NCBI RefSeq assembly: GCF_004010195.1
Contig: NC_057718.1
Coordinates: 90,873,353-90,937,352, forward strand
Reading direction: 5' to 3'
DNA length: 64,000 nt
Source: Chiloscyllium plagiosum
Taxonomy: Eukaryota
In this document: piece by piece, positions 1-11,013 of the stretch
How positions within the stretch are numbered: the first letter of the stretch is position 1
Layout of the letters: the number at the start of each line of letters is the position of its first letter
Notes under the pieces: model-generated
What the model saw: the letters and a program-made list of their open reading frames with translations, nothing else
What the model was told of the DNA's origin: nothing
Database searches by the model: none
Position numbers and translations under genes: made by a program

Positions 1-351
1 TCCACGTCAAGTATAAATCCTTTGGAAGAACACTACTAATGTTTCACTGCCACCAAAACCCGGTCATTTAGTGACCTAGAAAGCTATCAAATATTATGAA
101 CTCATTGTCTTCATGCTTGAACCTTTGAAACTAAAATCAGGTGGTTTTTCAGCCATAATGTGAAAAATTAACGGGCATTAATTTTTATTTCAATGAATAT
201 TGCTGCCCTTAAATCTGTAACCATTCTTCAGTTGAGCAATCACATGTTACCAAAAATGCTGTTTAGGAAAACCATTAATTCATGGGGAGGGAATTAATTC
301 AATGGGCAGCCAAAGGACTAATGATACTATCAATAGATTATCAATAGACTT

Positions 352-638
352 GGGGTGCCACGGTGGCTCAGTGGTTAGCACTGCTGCCTCATAGTGCTGG
401 GGACCTGGGTTCAATTCCAGCATTGGGCAGCTGTCTGTGTGGAGTTTGCATGTTCTCCCTGTGTTTGCGTGGGTTTCCTCTGGGTACTCTGCAGGCCAGG
501 TGAATTGGCTGTGTTAAATTGCCCATAGTGTTAGGTGCATTAGTTAGGGGAATGGGTCTGGGTGGGTTACTCTCCGGAGGGTCGGTGTGGACTTGTTGAG
601 CTGAAGGGCCTGTTTCCATACTATAGGGAATCTAATCC
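352..638 (+). mobile_element. HE1-type V-SINE
   Basis: tRNA-like head (ggtggctcagtgg A box, gggttcaattcc B box), central V-domain-like sequence, LINE-like tail gaagggcctgtttcc...gaatctaatc. Confidence 0.85.
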
Positions 639-932
639 AGAAACTCAGCTAATGTTTCAGGGAGCCAAGTTCAAATCCTGCCACAGCAGATGGTGGAATT
701 TAAAATGAATAAAGAATCTGGAATTGAGTGTCTAAGGCTGACCATGAAACCATAGTTAGGGGAAAAACCCATCTGGTTCAGTAATGTCCTTCAGGGAAGG
801 AAATTGCCATCCTTACCTGGTCTGGCCTACATGTGACTCCAGACCCACAGCAATATGGTTGACTCTTAACTGGTCTCTGGGCAATAAATGCTGGCCTAGC
901 TAGAGGACCCACATCCCATAGATGAATAGAAA
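633..932 (+). mobile_element. tRNA-derived SINE, family B (tail shared with the CR1-group LINE at 41469)
   Basis: cccatctggttca..taatgtcct core and gggcaataaatgctggcctagc...cacatccc tail; further copies at 1864, 10130 and 25947. Confidence 0.75.
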
Positions 933-1183
933 AAAATCATCTGGGGTCAAATTTATTCTTTGGTACCTCATTTTAAAATCTGCCATTCTAAAATTAAAGG
1001 ATTGCAGGCATTTTCCTTCATACTTTCTGTAAAAAGTTTGCTCATCTGATTTTAGGTTATTTAGGACCTCTCACCAACCAATAATTATTTGTGTATTGTT
1101 AATATATTTACACTTCTAGCTAACCAAGTTACTTATCATCAGACATGCTACTGCAGCTCTTTACAGCCAATCCAGTCTGGGTC

Positions 1184-1430
1184 AAAAATCACATGACACC
1201 CGGATTATAGTCCAACGGGGTTTATTTAAAAACACTACCTTTCGGAGCGCTGCTCCCTCAACAGGTGCTAGTGAGAGAGGAAGATCCTAGACACAGAATT
1301 TATAAGGAAAAGGTCAAAGGGTTATGCGAATGAGTTGAACATATGCAAGACAACCCTTAAATGTTTAATCAGTGAGGGTGGAGATCCAGGTTTCAATTGA
1401 TAAATATGCAAATCCACGAATTTCTTTCAG
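1184..1430 (-). mobile_element. Penelope-like element fragment (family 2 pLTR)
   Basis: aaaaatcac..acacc..gttatagtccaac motif shared with 8500, 21346 and 26390; degenerate hammerhead core on the minus strand. Confidence 0.55.
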
Positions 1431-1863
1431 TCTGTACATTGCTGCTCGGGAGAAGAAGTCTCTCCGCATTGTGGTCCTGATCGGTGTTCACAAGCTTGAC
1501 CATAAACATGTGCATATTGAGGGTTTACAGTTAGGTTCAGCTGTGATATTCTTTGCCCTTTGCCCCCACTGAAGCTGCTTGTGGAGGATGAACAGGCAGC
1601 ATGATACGAAGCTAGACTGCAGCATTGTCCTCCCATTAATTGGGACCCCACACCTTCAGGTGGGGAGCAGAACAACCAGAAAACAAGGTGCCTCATTAAT
1701 CCGCAGCAAGTGTAGCGTCCTGCTAAACTCTCAAGTACAACAAGATTTAAGTTAGAGTGTCAGAGAATAGGCGGGAAAATAAAGTTGGTGTGTAGATCAG
1801 TCATGGTCTAAAGGAATATGGAGGAGGATCAAAGTGTGAAATCTCTTCCTAATGTTCCGTTAT

Positions 1864-2180
1864 TATTCATTCACAGGATGAGGATGTTACTAGCTGGGTC
1901 AGCATTTATTGCCCATCCCAGAGGGTGGTTAGGAGTCAACCACAGTGCTGTGGACTTAGAGTCACATATAGGCCAAACCAGGTGAGGGTGGCAGTTTCCT
2001 TCCCTAAAGGGCACTAGTGAATCAGATGGGTTTTTCCAACAAAGTCATAGTCATCATTCCCAATTTTTTACTGAATTCAAATTCCCCCATCTGCCGTAGC
2101 AGGATTCGAACCCGGTTCCCTGGGACTTCATCTGAGCTTCTAGATTGGCAATCTAGTGATGATGCCACTAGGCCATCATC
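1864..2180 (-). mobile_element. SINE family B
   Basis: Reverse-complement match to 633-932 and 25947-26265. Confidence 0.75.
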
Positions 2181-2259
2181 TGCCCCAATTCTTTGAGCCT
2201 TCAATTGTACAACCACCAAATAATCAGAGGAATGTAAAATACTGAAGATTGTGTTCATT

Positions 2260-2708
2260 GAATCCCTACAGTGTGAAAACACGCCATTTGGCCCAACAGA
2301 TGGGTATATGAATAGGAAGGGTTTACAGAGTATGGGCCAAGTGCTCGCAAATGGGACTAGATTAGGTTGGATCAGTATGGATGAGTTGGATCATGCTGTA
2401 CATCTCCATGACTCAAAGTCCACACCGACCCGCCAAAGTGTGACCCACCCAGACTCATTCCCCTACCCTATTATTCTTCCTTTACCCCTGACTAATGCAT
2501 CTAACCTACACATCCCTGAACACTCCAGGCAATTTAGCACAGCCAATTCACCTAACCTGTAACATCCTCGGACCGTGGGCGGAAACTAGAGCACCCAGAG
2601 GAAACCCATGCAGACACGGAGAGAATGTGCAGACTCCACACAGACAGTCACCCGGGGGTGGAATCGAGCCCGGATCCCTGACCCTGTGAGGCAGCAGTCG
2701 CGTGCCAC
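2260..2708 (-). mobile_element. HE1-type SINE interrupted by a + strand HER1/CR1 3' tail (about 2299-2414)
   Basis: HE1 tail split at ggcccaac|aagtccacac by gatgggtatatgaataggaaggg...catctccatgactc. Confidence 0.8.
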
Positions 2709-2751
2709 TTTAAAAGAACCTCTAAAATGTGTTTTGTTGTTTCCTGTGCAG

Positions 2752-2901
2752 GTAATTGGCGTTCATTTGAACAAATGGAAACTAGATAAGAAACTTGGGT
2801 GTGTGTCTCTGTTCCTGTACGCCGTGTTTCTGTGCTTCTCCATCATGACAGAGTTTAACGTTTTCACGTTTGTGAACCTCCCCATGTGCCGGGAACACTG
2901 A
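2752..2901 (+). CDS. SLC24A3: Terminal coding exon of sodium/potassium/calcium exchanger 3 (NCKX3), 49 aa plus stop
   Basis: Pyrimidine-rich acceptor ttgtttcctgtgcag|GTA. Translation VIGVHLNKWKLDKKLGCVSLFLYAVFLCFSIMTEFNVFTFVNLPMCREH* matches the recalled NCKX3/4 C-terminus; LDKKLGC and IMTEFNVF favour SLC24A3 over SLC24A4. Confidence 0.9.
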   Translation, partial: VIGVHLNKWKLDKKLGCVSLFLYAVFLCFSIMTEFNVFTFVNLPMCREH

Positions 2902-3092
2902 TGGACAATGAAGATGACCTGGGAGCAAGCACCTTGATATCAGTGCAATACAAAGAGCTGAAGGCCCGTGGCTTATTGTTGGCTGCCTGCAACTGCTCTT
3001 ACTGAGAACTTGGTACACAACTTATTTTTGAGAGAAAAAAAGACACCTGTATTGATGTGAACGTATTTTTAATGTATTTATGTGGAGTCATA

Positions 3093-3114
3093 TACACGCA
3101 CACACACACACACA
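3093..3114. repeat. (CA)n microsatellite in the 3' UTR
   Basis: acacgcacacacacacacacat. Confidence 0.85.
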
Positions 3115-3879
3115 TACAAACTATCTGAATTCATTGGCTGCTAATCAACGTAAGGCTGGATGACTTACCTGCCACGTTGGTATATTCTCACTTGTATCAG
3201 AAAAAAGATATTTTGTCCTGAGATGGTTGAGTGGGACTGAAAGAGATTTAGTGGTAATTTTGCTACTGAAGCGAGTAAGGTGTACAGGTACCTGGAAGCA
3301 AGGGGTCATATTGCCCTGTGATTTTACCTCTCACTTTCTTCCCTCCACATCCTCAATCTCCATCCTGCACACCCCCCCCCCCCCAACCCTCCCGCCTTTG
3401 CCCTTCCCACAGAGAGCTTGAATACCAAGAATCGACGAGAGTCACCTTATCTTTCTGCTCATCAGCTATTCCTTCTGCTGAAAGGAAAGTGGGATTTTAG
3501 CTCTGAGCCATGGCCTTCATGCAAAGTCTGAGATGTGAAGTTTGAAATCTCGACAGTCACTGCAGTTTGTATCCAGATACTAGTCCCTCCTGACGAGACT
3601 GATTTTTCCAGGAGGTATATTTGCACGAAACTATTTTATTTTGTAGTTGGAACAGTTGCATAGTCAATGGTACATGTGTGTATATTGATGGTATAAAAAT
3701 GTATATATTGGGAATTTTTTTTTTCTTTTCGAAAAAGTAGAGTATATGAGAAATTATAATTATTATCACAGTTTTATCCTGCTGCACGGTTTTAGATTTG
3801 GAAATATTGATTAAGGTACAAATGGTGCAGCTGAAGAAGCAAAGATACTCTAGTTTTTGTCTGTACAGGTAGTTTTAAG

Positions 3880-3885
3880 AATAAA
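3880..3885 (+). terminator. Candidate polyadenylation signal
   Basis: AATAAA with upstream TGTA (ctgtacagg) and U-rich downstream sequence. Confidence 0.5.
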
Positions 3886-4012
3886 GCATGTTTAATTTAT
3901 ATATTTATAAAACAGCACAGGAGGCCACTTTGCAGTTTCACGGCACATTTTTACAGGGATACTTGACAGCTCTGTGCACGCCTGCATGCATGAACCTCCC
4001 CCTCCCCTGCCG

Positions 4013-4021
4013 NNNNNNNNN
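4013..4021. other. Assembly gap (9 N)
   Basis: Run of n characters. Confidence 0.99.
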
Positions 4022-5385
4022 CAGTCTAAGTGTACTGTCTTATTCCACTTATTTTCCACTTCTTACACAGAGAGCAATGACCGTGCTGAGGAAGGCTGTT
4101 GTCTTTAACTATTGCTGTAGTTAATAAATTTGTCGATGAATTTGCTACGAAATGGCTCAACCAAACTGCTTACAGTTAGTTGTCTCGATCTGAATATAAC
4201 TGGTTCCTTTGTTTTTAAAATGATTACTGAATCCCCAAGTCATGACCTGAAAGGGGTGAATTGTTGTATAAAGTGTCTCACCTCACCGAAGTTTACAAGC
4301 CAACTCCTACTGCTACAGAACAGTGTTAAATCCTATTTTCATTAAGAACATGATTTTCTTTTTGCTCTGGAGATACAATGCGTAAGAAATTTAAAGCACT
4401 TCAGACTTTTCCTCGCCATTAAGTTTCAGAGATTGCCATGAGTAATGTATGTGGATTTACTCACCAGCTCCATGGACTGCGTTATCATTATTACTCAGTC
4501 CTATTCTCCTTGTGCTGGCTTTCAGTAAATATCTTTACAGCACTTGTGTGTTTTCATGTCTTTCCTTCACACTCCATCATCAGTTCTCAAATCAGAACTT
4601 GAAGAATAAGTTGATTTTTTTTTTAAAAGCCGTTCTTGACCCTCCCTGCACTTCCCCACCCCCCCCTCCCCCCACCCCACCTCCCCCTTTACCCTCACTC
4701 CACTGCAATCTGCTCCCAAAGTAGGATCTCTGTACAAAAAGGAAAACTTAAAATGAAACTGTGTTGCTAGCATGCCAGATCTATTGAACATGGGGACTTG
4801 GTAGACAAATGAACGGCTGGATACACCACACATCTATCAATTTGTGTAATTATTTTCAACTATCAATGGTATTCACCTGCTAATTGCTGCAATAGTTTGC
4901 TTTCTAGTTCCATGGAGCTTCACTCGTCTGGAGAATAGCATCTCCTGCTTTATGTATGTGTGTCAACTTCAGTCAGGAAACCTCAACCAGAATTTCACCC
5001 CCGAATGCCTGGCCAGGGTAAATATTCAGTGGCAGTCTTCTGCAAAATAACTCAACACAGTGTGATTGCCTTTTGAATTGTGATGGGACGTGTTTGGAGA
5101 GTGCCTGTGGCGTGTAAACTGCAGCACTTTCATCTCAGATGTTGTTCAGAATTACGGCCGTCTGGCATTGAGTCGACCGAAGGTTCGATTCGATGAGGAA
5201 AGTCGTTTAACGAGACAATCCCATCATGTGAAAAGGACGTGGCTGGATGTGGAAAAACTATTGGTCTACTGTGAATGGCCGGCTGATTGTGGTAGCCCGG
5301 TATTCACACCGTAGTGGCAACGACTGCTTTGGCGTTGTAAGGGAAATGGTGCAGCTCTGTTTAGAGTTGAAGCCCATAATAAACC

Positions 5386-6193
5386 TGAAATAAGTCCACA
5401 GAGACTGGTATCCCGCCACTGAGTTGCCCTTTATTACATGTGCACAGTATATGGACTCTGACCAGTTGGCTCAGAGCCAGTCCCGGGAGGGAGGACAATC
5501 CCTGAGACCCTTTTTTTTTCTTTTAGTTTCCTTCCCCACACTACTGCCTAACTGCGGTAGTGCTTTATTTTTCCACAGCACCCATGTTGTGTGTGTGCAG
5601 GGAGACCCTTGTTTATTTTTTTTTCCCACAGAACAAGCAGTTGAGACCCTTGTTTATGTCTGTCAGCCAGGGCTCCCTGATAGGCCCAGGTTAACAACCC
5701 CAATTAGATTGATTCCAGAATTGAGAGGATTGGCTCATGAGGAGACTGGGACAATATCCGTTGGAATTTAGAAGAATGAGGGTGTATATTATAGAAACAT
5801 GAGATTATGAAGGGAATAGATAAGATAGAAGCAGGGACATTGTTTCCCCTGGTGGGTGAAACTAGAACTGGGGGCATAGCCTCAAAATAGGGGGAAGCAG
5901 ATTTAGGACTGAGTTGAGGAAGAACTTCTTCACCCAAAGGGTTGTGAATCTGTGGAATTACCTGTCCAGTGAAACAGTTGAGGCTACCTCAAATGTTTTT
6001 ATGGCAAAGGAAGATTTTTGAACAGTCAAGGAGTTAAGGGTCATGCGGGCAGGTAAGTGGAGCTGAGTCCACTGATGTTATTGAATGGCAGAGCAGGCTC
6101 AAGGGGTCAGATGGCCTACTCCTGCTCCCAGTTCTCATGTTCTAACTCATACTCAATGCGATCCACCTGGCCAATCTCATTCCAAACACTACC
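5386..6193 (-). mobile_element. Solo LTR of the Gypsy family seen at 43495/50123, split by later insertions
   Basis: Reverse complement of that LTR (aataaagggtgac..gggatacc..ttatttca); flanked by 5-bp direct repeat AAACC at 5381-5385 and 6194-6198. Confidence 0.8.
5707..6143 (+). mobile_element. CR1 LINE 3' fragment inserted in the solo LTR
   Basis: RLIPELRGLAHEE, RTGGHSLKI and RRNFFTQRVVNLWN ORF2 C-terminal motifs; gatggcctactcctgctcc tail. Confidence 0.85.
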
Positions 6194-6257
6194 AAACCAA
6201 AGTCATAAAAATGTTTTTAAAAAGAAATTTAGCCTATGCCATAAAATATATTATTAG

Positions 6258-6528
6258 CAATTCTGGAATCAACCTGATTGGGGTTGTTAACCTGGGCCAA
6301 TCAGGGAACCTTGGCTGACAGACATAAACAAGGGTCTCAGGGATTCTCCTCCCTCTAGGGACTGGCTCTGAGCCAGCTGGTCACAGTCCGTGTGTAGTGC
6401 ACGTGTAATAAAGGGCGACTCAGTGACGGGATACCAGCCTCTGTGGAATTATTTCAGGTTTGTTGTGAACTTCAACTATGAACAGAACTGTACCATTTCC
6501 CCTACAATACCAAAGCAGTTTTGTGCTA
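6258..6528 (+). repeat. Inverted duplicate of 5312-5723 (partial LTR plus flank)
   Basis: Reverse-complement similarity covers LTR, unique flank and the LTR/CR1 junction. Confidence 0.85.
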
Positions 6529-6694
6529 TTACTGTGTGACTACTATGCTATTAGCGTTTTCATAACATTACCAACTGTGATTGTAAAGTGAAGAGTCAGA
6601 TTCTGCACATCGACTTACATTTAATGTTTTGAAGATTTGTAAAACTTACTGGGAACCAGTATGTCATTTTGTAACTGCCCTTCTGGAGGTAGAC

Positions 6695-6803
6695 TTGAGC
6701 AGCACTGGTGAATCAGTCTGGCTGTCTGACTGGGAGAACACACCGAGCCAGGCAGCATCAGGAGACGGAGAGGTCGACATTTCGGGTGTAACCCTTCTTC
6801 GGG
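6695..6803 (-). mobile_element. Penelope-like pLTR fragment
   Basis: aggcagcatcaggag..gtcgacatttcgggtgtaacccttcttcgg, a variant of the pLTR/hammerhead motif. Confidence 0.5.
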
Positions 6804-7298
6804 GGTGGTGTGTTTCCCTTATTTCAAAGCCTTTGCTTTAAAACCCAGTGGCATTCCACTGGTGTGGGGAATTCTGGATCACCAAACTGATGCTATTTAT
6901 TTGGGAAGTATTTCTGCTTTCGGTATGGCTCCAACATCATGTCCCTGTCTGTTCAATTGCAGCAGATTATAGTAAAAGCAAAATACGATGGATGCTGGAT
7001 ATGAAATTTTAAAAAAGTAAAGTTCTGGAGGAAGTCAGCAGCTCTGGCAGCATCGCTGAAGAGAGAAACAGATGAAACATTTTGAGTTCAATAGCAAGTG
7101 GGACTAGTTTGGAAAAGCAGGTCAGCATGGATGAGTTGAACCGAAGGGTCTGTTTCCATACTGCACAACTCTATGACTCTTCTTTAGGTTGGAATACGAT
7201 GGTTTTTATGCTGTTGACAAAGAGGGAGAAACAATGAGTGGACTAGGTGAGGGTGCTCAGGGGAAAAACCAAAGGGTGTGATAATGGTCATTAAAAAG

Positions 7299-7430
7299 CT
7301 AGAGTCACCATAGCCTTGCCAGACCATAGGACTGCTACCATATCAGTCAGACAACTGGTGGTGGTTTAACCTTAAGGGTCACCACAGCCCAGGCAAGGGA
7401 GAGGTTGAGAAAGAGAGTCCTTCATAGTAA
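7299..7430 (-). mobile_element. SINE family D fragment
   Basis: Matches 31840-32046 (ccagaccataggg ctgct...ggtggt...gagggtcaccac) and, inverted, about 61060-61290. Confidence 0.55.
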
Positions 7431-7588
7431 ATGCATCTCTTCCAACTGTAGTTGTTACAGAAATTGCTTCACAATAAATTCAATTTCTGCATCTGTCTGT
7501 CATGAAGGAGAGCGGACTGAATGAATTGATGTTTGATTGAATATTGTATTATCCACAGCATTACTAAATCTAGATAGTCAGTATTGAT

Positions 7589-7874
7589 ATCATAGAATCC
7601 CTACAGTGTGAAAGCAGTCCATTCGGCCCATTGAGTCCACACTGACCCTCCAAAGAGGATCCCACCCAGATCCACCCACCTACCCTACCCCTGTAACCCT
7701 GCATTTCCCATGGCTAATCCACCTAGTCTGCATATCTTTGAACTGTGGGAGGGAACCGAAGCAACCGCAGGAAAGCCACACAGACACAGGGAGAATGTGC
7801 AAACTCCACACAGACAGTCGCCCGAGGGTGGAATTGAACCTGGGTTCCTGGCGCTGTGAGGGAGCAGTGCTAAC
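7589..7874 (-). mobile_element. HE1-type SINE
   Basis: gagaatgtgcaaactccacacagacagtcgcccgagg diagnostic block. Confidence 0.85.
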
Positions 7875-8059
7875 AGTTGCTAGAGTTGCATTTATCAGGC
7901 TGTGAAAATTAATAAGAGGAGTGTTGCTTTCAGATATCTCAATAGTACAAATGTGTCAGATTTCAAAGTTGACCTGATGAAAGAACCCTATTAAAATCAC
8001 TTATTGCAATTCAAAATGTTCAGTGGGAAGCTGTCAGCTTGCAGGAAGGTACAAAATTG

Positions 8060-9110
8060 CTTCCAGTGGCTTGTAAGAAATTGTACGGCATTCGGCAGAC
8101 CGCAGCTAGAATACTTGTTTAAGGAAAGATACACTGGCCTTGGAGGCAGTCTAGTGAAACCTCACTCGGCTGATCCAGGGTAAGGGACTGTCTTCTGAGG
8201 AGAGGTTGGTTGGATTAGGACAATACTCATTGGAAATCAGAAGAATGAGAGGCGACTTCATTAAACATACTTCGAGGCCTTGACAGCGGAGATGGGGAGA
8301 GGCTGTTTCCCCCTGTTGGAGAGTCTTAGACTCATCTCAGAATAAGGCGTCACACGTTTTAGACGGTGATGAGAAGAAATTTCTTCTCTCAGAGGGGAGT
8401 GAATCGGTGGAAAGCTTTACATCAGAAGGCCGTCAAGGCTGGGTTGTGAAGTGTGTTCAAGATGTGGAGGTGCTGGTGTTGGATTGGGGTGGGCAAAGTT
8501 AAAAATCATACAGCACCAGGTTATAGACCAGCAGGTTTATTTGGAAGCACTAGCTTTTGGAGCAGTACTTCCAAATAAACATATTGGACTATAACTGCTC
8601 AATGTCTCCTTGAGCAGCTTTCTTTGGGGCGGCACGGTGGCTCAGTGGTTAGCACTGCTGCCTCACAGCGCCCGGGACCCAGGTTCGATTCCAGTCTTGG
8701 GCGACTCTCTGTATGGAATTTGCACATACTCCCCGTGTCTGCGTGGGTTTTCTCCGGGTGCTCCGGTTTCCTCCCACAATCCATGCGAAATTGCCCGTAA
8801 TGTTAGGTGCATTAGTCAGAGGGAAATGGGTCGGAGTGGGTTACTCTTCAGAGGGTCAGTGTGGACTTGTTGGGCTGAAGGGCCTGTTTCCACACTGTAG
8901 GGGATCTACTATAGTCTAAACTTGATGGTGTATGATTTTTAACTAAGTGTATTCAAGGTTGAGATCAACAGATTTTTAATCAGGAAGGGATTGAAGGATT
9001 GTGGTGAAAAGGGCAGGCAAGTGGAGTTGAGGATGATCAGATCAGTCTCATTGGCAGAGCGGATTGATGGGCTGAATGGCCTACTTCTACTCCTATGTCT
9101 TATGGTCTTA
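8060..9110 (+). mobile_element. CR1 3' fragment containing a Penelope hairpin (8462-8944), which itself contains an HE1 SINE
   Basis: CR1 ORF2 C-terminal motifs on both sides; target duplication aagtgt(g/a)ttcaag at 8449-8461 and 8945-8957. Confidence 0.75.
8626..8908 (+). mobile_element. HE1-type SINE
   Basis: gggcggcacggtggctcagtggttagcactgctgcctcacagc head. Confidence 0.88.
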
Positions 9111-9989
9111 AGAACCTAACACGAAATGTTTGAATAGAATAATCATTGAGGCCTCTCATAACCCATTGAAAGAAGAATTACCGCAACTGTGCTAAACATG
9201 CAGTTCCGGTTTCTTCAGTTTCGTCAAGGATGAGGTCGACGTTTAGTTGTACTTTCTGCAGAAACACATGAGGGATCAAAGGCGGTAAATGAATGTGAAA
9301 GGACTGTGGAGATGCCTTGAAATGAAAACCGACTTGATAATCAAGTATCTTCAGCATTGCGTTTTCTGCTTCCTGTGAGAAGTAATCACAAAATGACTCA
9401 AAACACGACTTTGATTCAGAGTGTAACTTTCCGCTTCCCATGTCGCTGCTGGACTAAGAGACTGCTACACTGTTGCTCAGCCCCTATCTCCAGTGCAGAT
9501 GTAAAGTGTGGCATCCCAGTGGGTAAACTCACACAGCATTTACTTCCCAGCTCAACTTAGCAGTCGGAAATTATGGTCCAGTTATTTCAATACAAGCAGT
9601 TCTTGGCTGACTTCAAATGCTTTTTGATTTTTACTAACTTCCCTCAAGTTGGAGACAGTTGCTATCCTGCAGCAACTTGCAGCCATTTCGGATGTAGGTC
9701 TAGATTTATGTGGAAAGAGTAATATTGTTATAATCTTTTATTCAGGTAATCGTTGTTGTTGGAATGGCGTTTGAGTAGGAAACACTTTTGTTCTCTGTTC
9801 CTAGACTCAGTACAACAGAAGGGGTTAGGTAGAACGTAAGGCAACCTACAAGATGTAGGAAGAGCAGTCGGGCACTCAGCCCCTCCAGTCCATTCTGCCA
9901 TTCAATGAGATAATGGGTGATTTGATAATCTGGTATTAACATTTAGGGTGGGGAAGATAGTGGTGTAGTGATAACGCCACAGACATTAT

Positions 9990-10110
9990 TTAACCCGTTT
10001 CACTAAATCAACCTGTTCAGAGGTGCTATTACACACCTCCGGCGCAGGTGGGACTTGAACCTGGGGATCATAGTCCAGGGACAGGGACACTACCACTGCA
10101 CTACGAGGGT
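9990..10110 (-). mobile_element. Short tRNA-derived SINE family C, inserted in a family B SINE (about 9945-10380)
   Basis: caacctgttcagag..acacacctc..gggacttgaacc block, also at 33490, 39860, 54001 and 56085. Confidence 0.6.
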
Positions 10111-11013
10111 TCCCAAACCGCGCCTTGGCAGCCTGTAAAGTTTAAGTTCAATTAATAAAGTCGGGCATTGAAGGCATGCCTCAGTAATGGTGACCATGGC
10201 GTGATCATTATTAAAAATCAAATGCACCTATGTTCTTAAGGAGAGAAAATCTGTCATTTCGACTTAGACGTGACTCCAAACCACAACAAGGTGACTGCTG
10301 CCCCCTGAACCAGCCCTAGTTCAAGGACAAATACAATGAGAAATCAGTCCCAGTGCTGTCCACATCCCAAGAATGCAGAAAAAAAAGCTGTACTGTTATG
10401 TTTATGGTATTCTCCCCCAATGGAATAGAGCATTCCCTGCTCTCGAAGGGACTAAAAACCTCTGCATCAATGTCTTTTTATGTTTTGCGATCAATTATTG
10501 AAACAACTTGCAGCAGTGCAAGCTGAGGCTGCTGTTTCCAACACTGGAATCACAATGGCTGCTTAGCCAAGCAATAGCAGAACCTGCTGCTTGAGATAGG
10601 TGTCCCTCAACACCATCCTCAGTAATACTTGGCGAGCAAGCTCACATTATATGAACAGCTACTCTGCTTCATTAGGGAGTCGGTGTTTTGGGGGACTGGG
10701 TGTTTATCTGCTGGGTATTATTTGCATTATTCTGACAGTATGTGTGAGCGATGCAATGTTTCCTAGTTAAACCTTGTCAGACCCAGCTAATATTTCAGCA
10801 GTTTGGCCAATCTTTCTGAATGCCTCCTCCAATGGTATCTTTTTTACCTGTGGGAGCATACATTAGAAAACCACGTGCCTGAGGAGCAGAATGCTTTGGA
10901 ATGCCTCAGAGTTTTCCTCATGTGATCTCCTGGCTCCAAAGCTTTGTGCTGGAGGGCAGCAGATATGATTGACCAACCTTTGCATTTGGAGATGTGAATT
11001 GTTGTTAGTTGAC

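Larger units (their letters stand above)
2902..3910 (+). other. SLC24A3: Proximal 3' UTR of SLC24A3
   Basis: Repeat-free AU/UGUA-rich sequence after the TGA. AATAAA at 3880-3885 is preceded by TGTA; a second AATAAA lies at 4123-4128. Confidence 0.6.

Noticed and set aside
2608..2751. N-terminal half of the 97-aa ORF 2608..2901
   Set aside because: Antisense HE1 and intron sequence in frame by chance; the real exon begins at the acceptor at 2752.
8626..8700. tRNA-like A/B box sequences
   Set aside because: SINE heads continuing into V domain and LINE tail; no complete cloverleaf supported.
8610..8900. Recurrent 'GGTVAQWLALLPHS' and 'MCKLHTDS' ORFs across the window
   Set aside because: Translations of HE1 SINE copies, not a protein family.
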